From NCBI GenBank assembly GCA_001303025.1, contig LJNK01000001.1:41-64040 (forward strand): a DNA stretch of 64,000 nucleotides. The letters are read 5' to 3'. Under the pieces are notes generated by a model. It saw only the letters and a program-made list of their open reading frames with translations. It was not told the DNA's origin and searched no databases. The position numbers and the translations under genes are program-made. How positions within the stretch are numbered: position 1 is the stretch's first letter; the number at the start of each line of letters is the position of its first letter. This document shows positions 35,018 through 46,802 of the stretch, in pieces. This DNA is from Deltaproteobacteria bacterium SG8_13 (GTDB taxonomy: Bacteria > Desulfobacterota > Desulfobacteria > Desulfobacterales > SG8-13).

Positions 35018-36616
35018 TTGGACCAGTGGAAGAAGTCTGCGCTCCTCGGCATCCTGTTTCTTTTGGCAATGGTGCCCGTCTCGGCTCGATGGGCTGCCGA
35101 AGGCGACCCCATCGTACCCAAGGATGAGCGGTTGACCGGGACGGCTGCTGTTCAGAATAAATTGCCCGGAGCGGCGGAGCAACCGGAAAATTCCGGTGTT
35201 GCTGGAGACCCGGCAGTGCCGACGCCGGGGCCTTCACAGGCGCCGGAAAATGCAGCTCCGGCCGAGAGTGCAACCGACAGCAGTGCATCGGAGGCGCCAG
35301 GCCAGCAGGCGACACCGGCTGCCGACCCGCAGCGCGACAGTCAGCCCCAGGATGCGCCTCGGGCCGGCACTCCGCCGGAAAAAGACCTGCAGTCGGAGGC
35401 CGGGATGCCGCCGGCGCCGGTCGCCGAGCCGGTGGACGGCGGCGAACCGGTGCAACAGCACGGTGAAGATCCGGTGGGCGTGGATGTCGGCGAAGTGACG
35501 GCTCCGCCGGCTGAGACAGTCCCGGTGCAGACACCCATTGAACCGGATTTCGTGCGTGCCCTTACCGATATCGCCGCAGGCCGCAATGACTCAAACCCGG
35601 TATGGTCCCCCTCCGGAGAGATGATCGCGTTTGAACGCAGCATTGGCGACAATCGTGAAATCATCGTCGCCCGCAGCAACGGTTCGATCATACAGCGTAT
35701 CCAGTGTCGGCCCACAGAAAAAAAAGATGAGATGGAGTTCTTTATGCCGGGAATCGTGGAAGAAACCAGCTACAATGCCGGCATCAGCTGGTCTCCGGAT
35801 GAAAACCGCCTGGTCTTTATGAGCAATGGCGGCAGCGGCAACTACGACCTTTATCTTCTCCCCGTTCTGGGGCAAGAGAAAACCATACGCCTGACGAAAA
35901 ACTCCGAGAAAGACAGCCATCCGCACTGGAGCCCGATTGACGAACGGCTGGCATTCGTTTCGGGTCGCACCGGCAAGGCCGAGGTTTATCTCATGGACCT
36001 GGCTTCGAGGCGGGTCAGTGTTGTAACCAATGGCACCAAAACCTACCTCTATCCGCAGTGGTCACCGGACGGAAGCAAGCTGGCACTGATATACGGCAGC
36101 AACGAAAACCACGACATATATCTGATTGAAGATCTGCGCAAGCCGGCCGAAACCCGGAAGGCGCTGACCACGTGGCAGTATGACGACCTGCGGCCAACCT
36201 GGTCGCCCGACGGCGGTAAGATCGCCTTTTACTCCAATTACAACCCTGCGGCGGACCCAAAAGTGTGGTCAATCATCGTGGTGGCTGCCGACGGCACGGA
36301 CCCGACCGACGGTGAGGAGCTGGCAGCTAAGGTCGTGGCGCACAATGTGGTTCCTGACGTAGAGCGGGGGCCGGCCTGGATGCCCGACAGCCGACGTATC
36401 GTTTTCGTGAAAAACGATCCGAAGGCCTACAACCCGATCTTTATAACCAATATCGGTGACCCCAGAGAAATGCCGCTTCGCACCGAAACGAAAATGAATC
36501 ACGATGTGGTTTGCTCGAAAACCGGGGTGCTGGCATTTCGATCCCAGACCGAGCAGTGGGATCACATCTACGTCGCAAAGCTGAAAAATGAAGTCGCAAA
36601 CCGGGAGCCGCAATGA
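35018..36616 (+). CDS. TolB-like periplasmic beta-propeller (PD40/WD40-like repeats) with a roughly 150-aa Pro/Ala/Glu-rich N-terminal region
   Basis: TTG start with GGAGGGA 7 nt upstream. The signal peptide is ALLGILFLLAMVPVSA. PD40 repeats are WSPSGEMIAFERS, SWSPDENRLVFMS, HWSPIDERLAFVS, QWSPDGSKLALIY and TWSPDGGKIAFYS. Confidence 0.75.
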   Translation: MDQWKKSALLGILFLLAMVPVSARWAAEGDPIVPKDERLTGTAAVQNKLPGAAEQPENSGVAGDPAVPTPGPSQAPENAAPAESATDSSASEAPGQQATPAADPQRDSQPQDAPRAGTPPEKDLQSEAGMPPAPVAEPVDGGEPVQQHGEDPVGVDVGEVTAPPAETVPVQTPIEPDFVRALTDIAAGRNDSNPVWSPSGEMIAFERSIGDNREIIVARSNGSIIQRIQCRPTEKKDEMEFFMPGIVEETSYNAGISWSPDENRLVFMSNGGSGNYDLYLLPVLGQEKTIRLTKNSEKDSHPHWSPIDERLAFVSGRTGKAEVYLMDLASRRVSVVTNGTKTYLYPQWSPDGSKLALIYGSNENHDIYLIEDLRKPAETRKALTTWQYDDLRPTWSPDGGKIAFYSNYNPAADPKVWSIIVVAADGTDPTDGEELAAKVVAHNVVPDVERGPAWMPDSRRIVFVKNDPKAYNPIFITNIGDPREMPLRTETKMNHDVVCSKTGVLAFRSQTEQWDHIYVAKLKNEVANREPQ

Positions 36617-38100
36617 AACGCGTTGCCATATTGCTGATATTCGTCCTGGCAGCCGGTGCTGCCCTGGCGGCCGAAGACAATCTGAACCGTGGCATGAAAT
36701 TTTACAAACAGCACCGCTACGATGATGCTTTCCAGCTGCTGCGCCGGGACCATTCGGAAGCGGCAGCCGGCAGCCGGCAGAAGCTGCAGTTGAGCCTCGG
36801 AATGGTCGCTCTGCGCTCCGCCGGTTTGTATCAGCAGCTCTACAGCCTTTCGTTGCGCATGAGCCTGGGTTATCTCACCCGGTTGATAGCCGACGAGCAG
36901 CAGCTGGACAGCCGGCTGGTCAAGCTCTATCTGGGAATGACCCTTCTTCAGACCGGTGAACTGACCGAGTCGACGGCCTTTCTGGCCAAGTTCGTCGACG
37001 ATAAAGGCGCTCTGGAGAAGGACCGGCAGCTTGCCGGCATCGATCTGGGTGCGGCCTATTACCTGCAGGGCAAAAAAGATCGGGCCGAAAAGTTCTGGTC
37101 CAAAATCAACGGCAATCCGAGCGATCCGTCCATCGTCACTTCCCTGGCATCGGTGTACAACCGCCTCGGCCTGGATGCGAAAGATCCCGTCGCACTGTGC
37201 AGCGGGGCTCTTGCGCAGCAGGCACCGGGAACGCAGCCCTCGATCCGCATGGTGTCGGACATCGTGGGAGTGTACGCCGGCCGCAGCCGGATCGATGAAA
37301 GCCTCGATTTGTTGCGGCAATCCGACCTGAGAAGCTATTTCCACGAGGAAATGTTGGTGGAAAACAAGGTGATTCGTTTTTACGATCCGATGCTGTTGCT
37401 GAATTTGTTTCACCTGTATGCCAGCGCTGCCGTTGCCTACCTGCAGGAGGCCGCCGGCGGGCCGGACGAAAAGCTGGCCGCCGCTGCAGGGACCTATCTC
37501 TGCGAAGGATACGAAATGACCGGTGCTGCAGATCAGTCGCAGCAGCTGGCGGAAAAACTGCTGGCCGAACCGAAATGGCCGGCCTGGATGAAAAACAGAC
37601 TAACCATCCGTCTGGCGACCGCGCAGTATCTGCTGGGTCAGAAAGAGACAGCCGAAAGCCAGTTCCAGCAGCTGCTGCAGTCGAAACCAGATCCGGATCT
37701 GGCGGCAGAACTGCTGATGGCCTGCTGCAACCATGGGATCGATTTCCCGCCGGCGGTCATCAGTGCAACCGAGCTGGCCCAGAAAGGAGAGGGCAAGGCG
37801 TTTGCCTCTTTGAATCACGCCCTGGGCCGGTATTACCTGTGGAAAAAAGATTACGTCAGGGCTGTGGTCCACATGGAGGCCGGGCGCGACAAGAGTAACA
37901 AGAACCGCATAGAATTCAACGACCCGCTGATGCTGATCCACCTGGCAGATGCATACTACTACTCGCGAAAATACTCGGAGGCCCTGGAGATCTTTTTCGA
38001 GATGAGCAAGCAGTTCCCGGCCGTTCGGCAGATACAGGTTGCCATTCAGGGAGTTTACTCGATGGAGCAGAAAAGCGCCGGCGATGCCAAGATCTTTTAA
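36613..38100 (+). CDS. Secreted TPR-like helical-repeat protein (495 aa)
   Basis: The ATG overlaps the preceding stop (ATGA). The signal peptide is MKRVAILLIFVLAAGAALAAE. Repeated helical hairpins such as GMKFYKQHRYDDAFQLL and ALGRYYLWKKDYVRAVVHME are TPR-like. Confidence 0.6.
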   Translation: MKRVAILLIFVLAAGAALAAEDNLNRGMKFYKQHRYDDAFQLLRRDHSEAAAGSRQKLQLSLGMVALRSAGLYQQLYSLSLRMSLGYLTRLIADEQQLDSRLVKLYLGMTLLQTGELTESTAFLAKFVDDKGALEKDRQLAGIDLGAAYYLQGKKDRAEKFWSKINGNPSDPSIVTSLASVYNRLGLDAKDPVALCSGALAQQAPGTQPSIRMVSDIVGVYAGRSRIDESLDLLRQSDLRSYFHEEMLVENKVIRFYDPMLLLNLFHLYASAAVAYLQEAAGGPDEKLAAAAGTYLCEGYEMTGAADQSQQLAEKLLAEPKWPAWMKNRLTIRLATAQYLLGQKETAESQFQQLLQSKPDPDLAAELLMACCNHGIDFPPAVISATELAQKGEGKAFASLNHALGRYYLWKKDYVRAVVHMEAGRDKSNKNRIEFNDPLMLIHLADAYYYSRKYSEALEIFFEMSKQFPAVRQIQVAIQGVYSMEQKSAGDAKIF

Positions 38101-38255
38101 GACCGCAATAAGGATTCCTGCATTCGGTGCACCGGCGCAGGAGCAAGCAGGTGTTTTCGATGAGGGGATGAGACGAAGTTTCGTTGTGACAAAACTCCAT
38201 ACTCCAAAACTTCAGCGGCAGCAAGCAGCTCTAGCCGCTATTTGAGGAGGATATC

Positions 38256-39872
38256 ATGAAAAGGTTGCCCATTGTAGTTACGATCTTTCTGATGATGTGT
38301 TGCCTCGCAGCCTCTCCGGCACTGGCCGGACAGCGCGGGGACCAGTTTCCAGACGGCGGTGCCCTGAACTACGGTGAATACGGACGCCCTGCAACCCTGG
38401 ATCCCATCACCAGCAACGATATGATCTCTTTGCGGATTACCGAACTGATCTTCAACGGTCTGGTCGGCATCGATGAAAAACAGGAGATCATTCCGGAGCT
38501 GGCCGAAAGATGGGAAATTGAAGAGGATGGTAAAAAGTACACCTTCTACCTGCGCCAGGACGTTGCCTGGCACCCGCGGGAAGGCGAGGATGCCAAGCCG
38601 TTCACGGCAGATGACGTGGTCTTTACCTACGACATTATGATGCACCCCCAGACCATCACGCCGTTGAAAGTCCGGTATGAGTTTATCGAAAGCGTCACCA
38701 AGGTGGACGATTTCACCGTGACCTTCACCTTGAAGCGGCCGATCCTGAACGCGCTGGCCAAATTCAGCTTCAAAGTGATCCCACGCCACGGGCTGCAAAA
38801 TCAGGAATTTCTGACCCGGGAGGATCCGTTCGTCCAGGCTCCGATCGGCACCGGGCCTTACATGCTAAAAAACATCACCGCCGATCGTGAAGTGATCCTG
38901 GTGTCCAACGAGAACTATTTTAAAGGGCGGCCGCACATCGACAAGTATATCGCGCGGCCCTTTGCCGACCAGAACATTATGGGCCAGGCCCTGATGTTCA
39001 ACGCCATCGACATGATCGTGCTGGTGAACCACCGCGATATTCCCCAGCTTCAGGGAGATAAGCGCTTTGTCATGCAGCCCTACAACGCGCTTTCTTATTC
39101 GTTTTTTGGGTTCAACTTGCGCAATCCGCTGCTGGTCGACAAAAGGGTTCGCAAGGCCTTTACCTACGCGATCAACCGCCAGGAGATGCTCGACTCCTTT
39201 TTCAACAGCCAGGGAACCATTATTTCCGGACCGTTCGCACCGGGCAGCTGGGCCTACAATCTTGACGTTCAGCCGGTGCCCTACGATCCCCAGAAGGCCG
39301 AAGAGCTGCTTACCGAGGCCGGTTTCACCAAAAACGGTGACGGAATTATGGAAAAGGACGGGCGCAAGCTGTCGTTGAACCTCAAGGTGCCGATAGCCAA
39401 AGAAAGCGAAGCCGTCAAGCGCGTCGTGCTGGCTTTCAAGAACTATCTTCAGAAAGTCGGTGTCGACATCCAGCCCGAATTTCAGGAATGGATGGCGTGG
39501 AAAGAAGATATCTTTCTGCATCATGATTACGATCTGATGTACGCCTCCTGGGTCTTTGACGATTCGGCCGATATTTCTTCCCTGTTTCATTCCGCCGAGA
39601 TCGGATCCTGGAAAAACAACTTCGGCGCCTTCTCCAATCCGGAAGTCGACGGATTGATCGTCGAGGCCAAACTGACTCTCGATCATGAAAAACGAAGGAC
39701 CATCAACCGCAAACTGCACGAAAAAATTGCCGATGAAAATCCCTACACGTTTCTGTGGACCCTGACCAACTATGCCGGCTACAACAAAAAGCTCCGGAAA
39801 GTGGCCATTCATCCATACAAGTTCTTCTCCTTTGCAGATGAATGGTACATTCCCAAGTCGGAGCAGCGCTAA
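38256..39872 (+). CDS. ABC transporter substrate-binding protein, family 5 (peptide/nickel, OppA/DppA-like)
   Basis: There is a signal peptide. LDPITSNDMISLRITELIFNGLV and WHPREGEDAKPFTADDVVFTY match the SBP_bac_5 pattern. GAGGAGG precedes the ATG. Confidence 0.9.
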   Translation: MKRLPIVVTIFLMMCCLAASPALAGQRGDQFPDGGALNYGEYGRPATLDPITSNDMISLRITELIFNGLVGIDEKQEIIPELAERWEIEEDGKKYTFYLRQDVAWHPREGEDAKPFTADDVVFTYDIMMHPQTITPLKVRYEFIESVTKVDDFTVTFTLKRPILNALAKFSFKVIPRHGLQNQEFLTREDPFVQAPIGTGPYMLKNITADREVILVSNENYFKGRPHIDKYIARPFADQNIMGQALMFNAIDMIVLVNHRDIPQLQGDKRFVMQPYNALSYSFFGFNLRNPLLVDKRVRKAFTYAINRQEMLDSFFNSQGTIISGPFAPGSWAYNLDVQPVPYDPQKAEELLTEAGFTKNGDGIMEKDGRKLSLNLKVPIAKESEAVKRVVLAFKNYLQKVGVDIQPEFQEWMAWKEDIFLHHDYDLMYASWVFDDSADISSLFHSAEIGSWKNNFGAFSNPEVDGLIVEAKLTLDHEKRRTINRKLHEKIADENPYTFLWTLTNYAGYNKKLRKVAIHPYKFFSFADEWYIPKSEQR

Positions 39873-39954
39873 ATAAGGACGCGGGCAATCTTTTCACTCC
39901 AGCCGCAGGGGGCCCGGAACGGGCACCCTGCGGCTGCTCAAATCCAATAAACGG

Positions 39955-40902
39955 ATGAAACTTTCTGCCGTACGACCCATCACCGTTCTGGTTACCCGGG
40001 AACTGGGCATCGCCGCTCTTTTGCTGCTGGGCGTCAGTTTTGTCGTGTTCGTCATTTTGTACTTGTCTCCCGGAAATCCATTCGCCACGCTGGTCACCCG
40101 GATAGAGACCGCAGCCGATCCCGGCGCGGCTGCAGCGGCGCCGGCAACCTGGTACGGCCAGTATTTCACCTGGCTGAAAAACCTGTTCAAAGGCAACCTC
40201 GGCAATTCCATCCGCACCGGACTGCCGGTGCTGCAGGAGGTCGTGCGGGTCGGGATCAACACCCTGTATCTTACCATCGGCTCTTTGCTGGTTACGCTGC
40301 TGATCGCCGTGCCGATCGCCGTTTTTTCCGCCAGACGCGGGATGACCCCAACCAGCTGGTCGATGACGGTTTTTACCTATGTCGTGTCGGCCCTGCCGGT
40401 TTTCTGGCTGGGGTACATCGTCATTTACATATCCATTCACCGGTTCGGGCTCTTTCCCCTGGCTTTTGGCTCCAGCGCCGGCCCGTGGAACTGGTTTTAC
40501 TTCCTGCTTCCGGTTCTGGTGCTGGGCATCAGCAACGGCACCATCAGTGAGGTCGTTCGCTACCTGCGCGAGGAGATGAAGCGGGTTTTTGCCGAGGAAT
40601 ACATCGTCACTGCCCGCGCCAAAGGGGCCTCTGTGTGGAAACATTCCTTCAAGGAGGGATTTCTGATTCCCATCACCGAGATCATCGCCGCCAAGATACC
40701 TTTCATCCTGGGCGGTGCGGTGGTGGTCGAGCAGGTGTTCAACTGGCCCGGAATGGGGCGCATGGCCTGGCAGGCCGCTCAGGATCGGGATTATCCGTTG
40801 ATTATGGGCATCACGCTGGTTGCCGCCATCATCGTTCGGATGGGCAGCCTGATGCAGCGGGTGGTGCACATTATCGTCAACCCGCGGGCATCCAAGGAAT
40901 AA
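39955..40902 (+). CDS. ABC transporter permease (DppB/OppB-like)
   Basis: BPD_transp_1-type permease of 315 aa. It has an N-terminal LSPGNPF motif and an EAA-like loop (EEYIVTARAKGAS). Confidence 0.9.
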   Translation: MKLSAVRPITVLVTRELGIAALLLLGVSFVVFVILYLSPGNPFATLVTRIETAADPGAAAAAPATWYGQYFTWLKNLFKGNLGNSIRTGLPVLQEVVRVGINTLYLTIGSLLVTLLIAVPIAVFSARRGMTPTSWSMTVFTYVVSALPVFWLGYIVIYISIHRFGLFPLAFGSSAGPWNWFYFLLPVLVLGISNGTISEVVRYLREEMKRVFAEEYIVTARAKGASVWKHSFKEGFLIPITEIIAAKIPFILGGAVVVEQVFNWPGMGRMAWQAAQDRDYPLIMGITLVAAIIVRMGSLMQRVVHIIVNPRASKE

Positions 40903-40924
40903 TTTTGGATCAAAGATTTACATT

Positions 40925-41818
40925 ATGAGACGATTCTCCCAGTACGCTTTTGAAATAAGCGACGTTTCCCATGTGTCGTTCTGGAAAAAGGCCGGACCGA
41001 TGGACCGGGTGTACATCGGTTACGGGCTGCTGGTGGTGCTGCTGGTGGTTATATCCTATTTGCTGGGGGCGACCGGCGCTCTGCCGTACGATCCCCAGGA
41101 GATCAACCTGGAGCTGATTATGGCACCGCCCAACACCGGCGGGCATCTGCTGGGCACCGATTTCATGGGGCGGGATATGCTCTCGCGGCTGATCATTTCA
41201 ATTCAGGCATATTTTCTTCCGGGACTGCTGGCCATCGGGATCGCCATTGTTTTCGGAACCTGCTTCGGTGTTTTTGCCGGCTACTGGGGAGGGGCGCTGG
41301 AGACGGCCACCACGTACGTCAGCAACCTGTTGAATTCCTTTCCCCGCCTGGTGCTGATCCTGTTGATGGTCGCCGCTTTCAAGCCGGACATCTACTACAT
41401 CATGATCATCGTCGGGGTCACCAACATCCCGGTGGTGGCTTCGCTGATTCACAGCAAGATTCAATTTTTGAAACAGAAGAACTTTATCGAAGCGGCCACG
41501 GCGCTCGGTTTGAACAACTGTACCATCATTTTCAAGCATATCCTCTGGCACAACTGCCGGTCGGTGCTGATCATACAGGCAACTTTGGGGATGGCCGAAG
41601 CCATTTTGATGGAAACCAGCCTGAGCTACCTCGGCTTCGGCGTGCAGGAGCCCACTCCCTCCTGGGGCAACATGGTGCAGGCCGGCTCCAATTACTTCAT
41701 GCAGGGCAAGTTCTGGCCCTCGACCGCACCCGCCCTGGCGATTTTGTTCGCCATCATGGGATTTCATCTGCTCGGCGACGGATTGAACAGCATGCTCGAA
41801 AGGAAAGGGGATCGATGA
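40925..41818 (+). CDS. ABC transporter permease (DppC/OppC-like)
   Basis: HLLGTDFMGRDMLSRLI and FIEAATALGL are typical of the OppC/DppC family. The start is uncertain, because an internal M at MDRVYIGYG is also possible. Confidence 0.88.
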   Translation: MRRFSQYAFEISDVSHVSFWKKAGPMDRVYIGYGLLVVLLVVISYLLGATGALPYDPQEINLELIMAPPNTGGHLLGTDFMGRDMLSRLIISIQAYFLPGLLAIGIAIVFGTCFGVFAGYWGGALETATTYVSNLLNSFPRLVLILLMVAAFKPDIYYIMIIVGVTNIPVVASLIHSKIQFLKQKNFIEAATALGLNNCTIIFKHILWHNCRSVLIIQATLGMAEAILMETSLSYLGFGVQEPTPSWGNMVQAGSNYFMQGKFWPSTAPALAILFAIMGFHLLGDGLNSMLERKGDR

Positions 41819-42915
41819 CCGACGGGCCGGTACTGAAAATCGAGAACCTTTACACCTACTTTTACACCCGCAGCCGGCAGGCCTTCATCCGCAGCGTCGA
41901 CGGGGTCCACCTGGAGATCGAAAAGGGCCAAACGCTGGGGATTGTGGGCGAAAGCGGCAGCGGAAAGAGCGTAACCGCCCTGTCGGTGATGGGGCTGGTG
42001 ACCGCCGAACCGGGCGTAATCAGCGGCAAAGTCGGCCTGAAAACCGCCAACGTTCAAAAAAACCTTCTCCAGGACCTGTCCGAGTATGTAAAGACGGCCA
42101 CCATAACCGGCCGAATCATGGACGTCTACAAGGACAACCGGCGCTGGCAGAAAAACGTCGATCGGGTGATGCGCGGGATCCGCGGCCGGGAGATATCGAT
42201 GATCTTCCAGAACCCCAAGCTTTCGATGAACCCGTTCACCAGCGTCGGAAGACAGATCCAGGAATCGATCCTGCTCAACACCGCGGTGCGCAGTGCTGCT
42301 GAAGCCAGGGACCGGGCATTGTACTGGCTGGAGAAAGTGAGAATCGACTCGCCCCGGCTGCGCTACGACAACAACCCCTACGGTCTTTCTGGCGGAATGT
42401 GCCAGCGGGCGATGATCGCCATGGCACTTTCCTCCGAGCCCTCCCTGCTGATTGCCGATGAACCCACAACCGGACTGGATGCCACGATTCAGTCGAAAAT
42501 CGTCGAGCTGCTGCAGGAAATCAAAACCACGGTGGGGGTAACCACCATGCTCATCAGCCACGATATCGACGTGATCCGCGCCCTGTCGGATCAGGTGGCT
42601 GTCATGTACGGCGGCACTATCCTCGAGCACGGCCCGGCCGATGCGATTCTCTCCGGTGCAATGGCCCAGAGCCATCCGTATACGGCGGCGCTGATGGCCT
42701 CGATTCCCAACCGGGAGCAGATCAGAACAAAGGCCTATCTGCAGGCCATCAAGGGGGAGGTGCTCGACACGATCAACCTGCCCGAAGGTTGCCGTTTTTA
42801 TCCGCGCTGCGAGCAGGTGACGGATCGGATTCAGGAGCATTGCCGGCTGCGGGAGCCGGGGCTGCTTTCGATATCCAACGGCCACAGGATTCGCTGCTGG
42901 CGATACCAGCAATAA
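41815..42915 (+). CDS. ABC transporter ATP-binding protein (DppD/OppD-like)
   Basis: Motifs present are Walker A GESGSGKS, the signature LSGGMCQR, Walker [10 protein letters not shown] and a C-terminal oligopeptide-transporter Cys motif (CRFYPRC). Its start overlaps the preceding stop. Confidence 0.92.
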   Translation: MTDGPVLKIENLYTYFYTRSRQAFIRSVDGVHLEIEKGQTLGIVGESGSGKSVTALSVMGLVTAEPGVISGKVGLKTANVQKNLLQDLSEYVKTATITGRIMDVYKDNRRWQKNVDRVMRGIRGREISMIFQNPKLSMNPFTSVGRQIQESILLNTAVRSAAEARDRALYWLEKVRIDSPRLRYDNNPYGLSGGMCQRAMIAMALSSEPSLLIADEPTTGLDATIQSKIVELLQEIKTTVGVTTMLISHDIDVIRALSDQVAVMYGGTILEHGPADAILSGAMAQSHPYTAALMASIPNREQIRTKAYLQAIKGEVLDTINLPEGCRFYPRCEQVTDRIQEHCRLREPGLLSISNGHRIRCWRYQQ

Positions 42916-42948
42916 AGTCACATTGCACTTAGAGGGTGACCGCAACAG

Positions 42949-43968
42949 ATGACCACGGCTAAAACCATACTGGAAGTTCAAAACCTGAAAAAATACTACT
43001 CATCCTCCAAGGGCCTGTTTACTTCCCTGCGCAAAACCACAAACTTCATCCCGGCCGTGGATGATGTCAGTTTCTATATCAAGGAAAATGAAACCATGGG
43101 GCTGGTGGGTGAGACCGGCTGTGGAAAGACCACGATCGGGAAAACCGTTTTAAAGCTGACACCGCCGACGGCCGGGCGGATTCTTTACGACGGCAAGGAC
43201 ATCACCGGATTGTCGCAGGCCGGTTTCCGCCCGTATCGGAAGCAGATGCAAATGATATTCCAGGACCTGGATGCGGCCCTGAACCCGAAGATGCGCATCC
43301 GGTCCATTTTGAAAGAAGCCCTCACCGTGCATGAAAGGCCCAGTGATGCGCAGGTCGACCGCCGCATCGCAGAGCTGCTGGAGATGGTGAATCTGAAAAA
43401 AGGAAAGCTCAACAACTTTCCCGGGGAGCTTTCCGGCGGCGAGAAACGCCGGGTGGGCATTGCCCGTTCGCTGGCCGTCGACCCCCGGTTTGTGGTGGCC
43501 GACGAGCCCACCAGCGCCCTGGATGTGTCGATCCAGGCCCAGGTGGTCAACCTCCTGCGCGATTTGCAGCAGCGGCTGAAGCTGTCTTATCTGTTCATCT
43601 CCCACGACCTGCGGGTGGTGGAGCTGATCAGTCACAAGGTGGCGGTCATGTACCTGGGACAGATCGTCGAGATGGGCATGGCTGGCAAGATAGCCAGCGC
43701 TCCGCGGCACCCGTATACGGCCGTGCTCTGGTCGTCACTGGTGGACAAGACCACCGGCGAGGGCAAAAGCGTGGTCAGCGATCTCGAGGGCCAGCACTGG
43801 GGGGTTTTCGACTTCGAACGCCCCACCACCGGATGCCGGTTCGCCCCCCGCTGTCCGGTTTACGAGGTCAAAGGACGCCCGCCGTTTTGCACCAACCCGG
43901 GCACACCGCCCGAGCTGCACAGGGTCGGCGAAGCGCACATGGTGCGTTGCCACTACCCTTTGCAGTAA
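42949..43968 (+). CDS. ABC transporter ATP-binding protein (DppF/OppF-like)
   Basis: Motifs present are Walker A GETGCGKTT, the signature LSGGEKRR, Walker B FVVADEPTSALD and a C-terminal CRFAPRCP. Confidence 0.92.
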   Translation: MTTAKTILEVQNLKKYYSSSKGLFTSLRKTTNFIPAVDDVSFYIKENETMGLVGETGCGKTTIGKTVLKLTPPTAGRILYDGKDITGLSQAGFRPYRKQMQMIFQDLDAALNPKMRIRSILKEALTVHERPSDAQVDRRIAELLEMVNLKKGKLNNFPGELSGGEKRRVGIARSLAVDPRFVVADEPTSALDVSIQAQVVNLLRDLQQRLKLSYLFISHDLRVVELISHKVAVMYLGQIVEMGMAGKIASAPRHPYTAVLWSSLVDKTTGEGKSVVSDLEGQHWGVFDFERPTTGCRFAPRCPVYEVKGRPPFCTNPGTPPELHRVGEAHMVRCHYPLQ

Positions 43969-44270
43969 AAGCAGGTCTATACGCCTCCCCCTCCGGTTGT
44001 TTCGGTCCGTTGCCGACAACCGTCAGATAGTGGCCAGACGGCATCGGTTGGCCATCGGCAGCATCAAAGGGCTTGATGAAGGTGAAGATGTGCGGTTTGC
44101 TGTTCGAACGGACAGACCCGCTTGACTTGCCGCACCCGATAGTCCGGCGGTGGGCCGGGAATCGACTGACCTGCATGCGGGTTACGGGTGCCGGAAAATA
44201 GGTCCGGCCGATACTGCGCAGGCGCGGTTTCACCAACTGCAATGGGGCGGTCCGGCGGCGGCACTTTCTG

Positions 44271-44687
44271 CTATTGGCTCCTGGGCTGACTCTGCAGGCT
44301 GGGTGCAGGGCTCGTGTTTTGACGGGTGCGCCGTTTGATCCGCTCCCGGTGAAATGCTTCCCTTTCGGCGTCTTCCGCCACGCCTGGTTCGGATCCGACC
44401 GGTTCAGCAACGGTGTCGGTCGATCCTTCGGACGGGGCTTCACTCTCGGGCGCTTGCTGTTCGGGCTCTTTGAGATCCTGCCGGTCGCTTTCCGCCTGCT
44501 TCTGGAGCTGCGGTTCGTCTGTTTTTATTTCGATGTCCTGAGAAAAAACGGTTACGCCTTCGGGCGGCGGGTCGTTGCTGTAGTGCTTGACGCCATTTTC
44601 GTCCACCCAGCCGTAGATCTCCCCAAATGCTGCGCAGGGCAGCAACACACTGACAAGACAAACTGCTGCGATCCTCCATGCGCTCAT
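44271..44687 (-). CDS. DUF4124-domain secreted protein with an acidic low-complexity tail
   Basis: The ATG at 44687 gives MSAWRIAAVCLVSVLLPCAAFG, a signal peptide. EIYGWVDENGVKHYSNDPPPEG follows, which is the DUF4124 signature. Confidence 0.65.
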   Translation of the reverse strand: MSAWRIAAVCLVSVLLPCAAFGEIYGWVDENGVKHYSNDPPPEGVTVFSQDIEIKTDEPQLQKQAESDRQDLKEPEQQAPESEAPSEGSTDTVAEPVGSEPGVAEDAEREAFHRERIKRRTRQNTSPAPSLQSQPRSQ

Positions 44688-44923
44688 AATTCCCGCTCCC
44701 CGAAGAAATGTTGCCCAGCGAATGACGCTTCGCACATTCAATATTGCAAAATCAACTCATAGCAGAAAACCGTCTTGCAATACAGCCGATGGCTTTGGGT
44801 TGTCTGATGACGCCATCCACCATCGCCCCAAAATAATCCGTCCCGCACAAGGCGGGACGGAAGAAGGTGGACAGGTGCCGGTGTCTCGGTCGGCAACAGC
44901 TGCATTGCTTTGGGCAGTGCCGA

Positions 44924-46492
<1,569 letters not shown>

Positions 46493-46802
46493 TTCAACCT
46501 CCTTTTCTGGTGCCGTTTGTTTGTACCCCGGGTTCATCTGTTTTTGTTTGGTACGTAAACGGGTTGTCATTTCTGGCTGCTGCATGATTGTTTCCCGGGC
46601 GGCCGGCAACATAAGACAGTAAACATCAGAGGGGGGGTTGTCATCCGTATCTGTGCCTGGAGGCTCGAAACGGATTGGATGCAATGGCTGCAGGGCGCTC
46701 CTGCCTTGCTGTATGGCGGGATCGATCCGCTTATCGGATAGCAGCTGCCCATTGGTCCTTGGGTGTATGGGGGATGTATCGGCTGTAGATACCCGATGAG
46801 CA

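Noticed and set aside
43868-44443. 191-aa minus-strand ORF spanning the oppF / DUF4124 convergent gap, with an inner segment (SNSKPHIFTFIKPFDAADGQPMPSGHYLTV) that looks vaguely protein-like
   Set aside because: It overlaps oppF by 100 nt at one end and the DUF4124 gene at the other. It has no SD at any candidate start, and I do not recognise a family. It is possibly worth a blastx search, but it is not supportable from the sequence alone.
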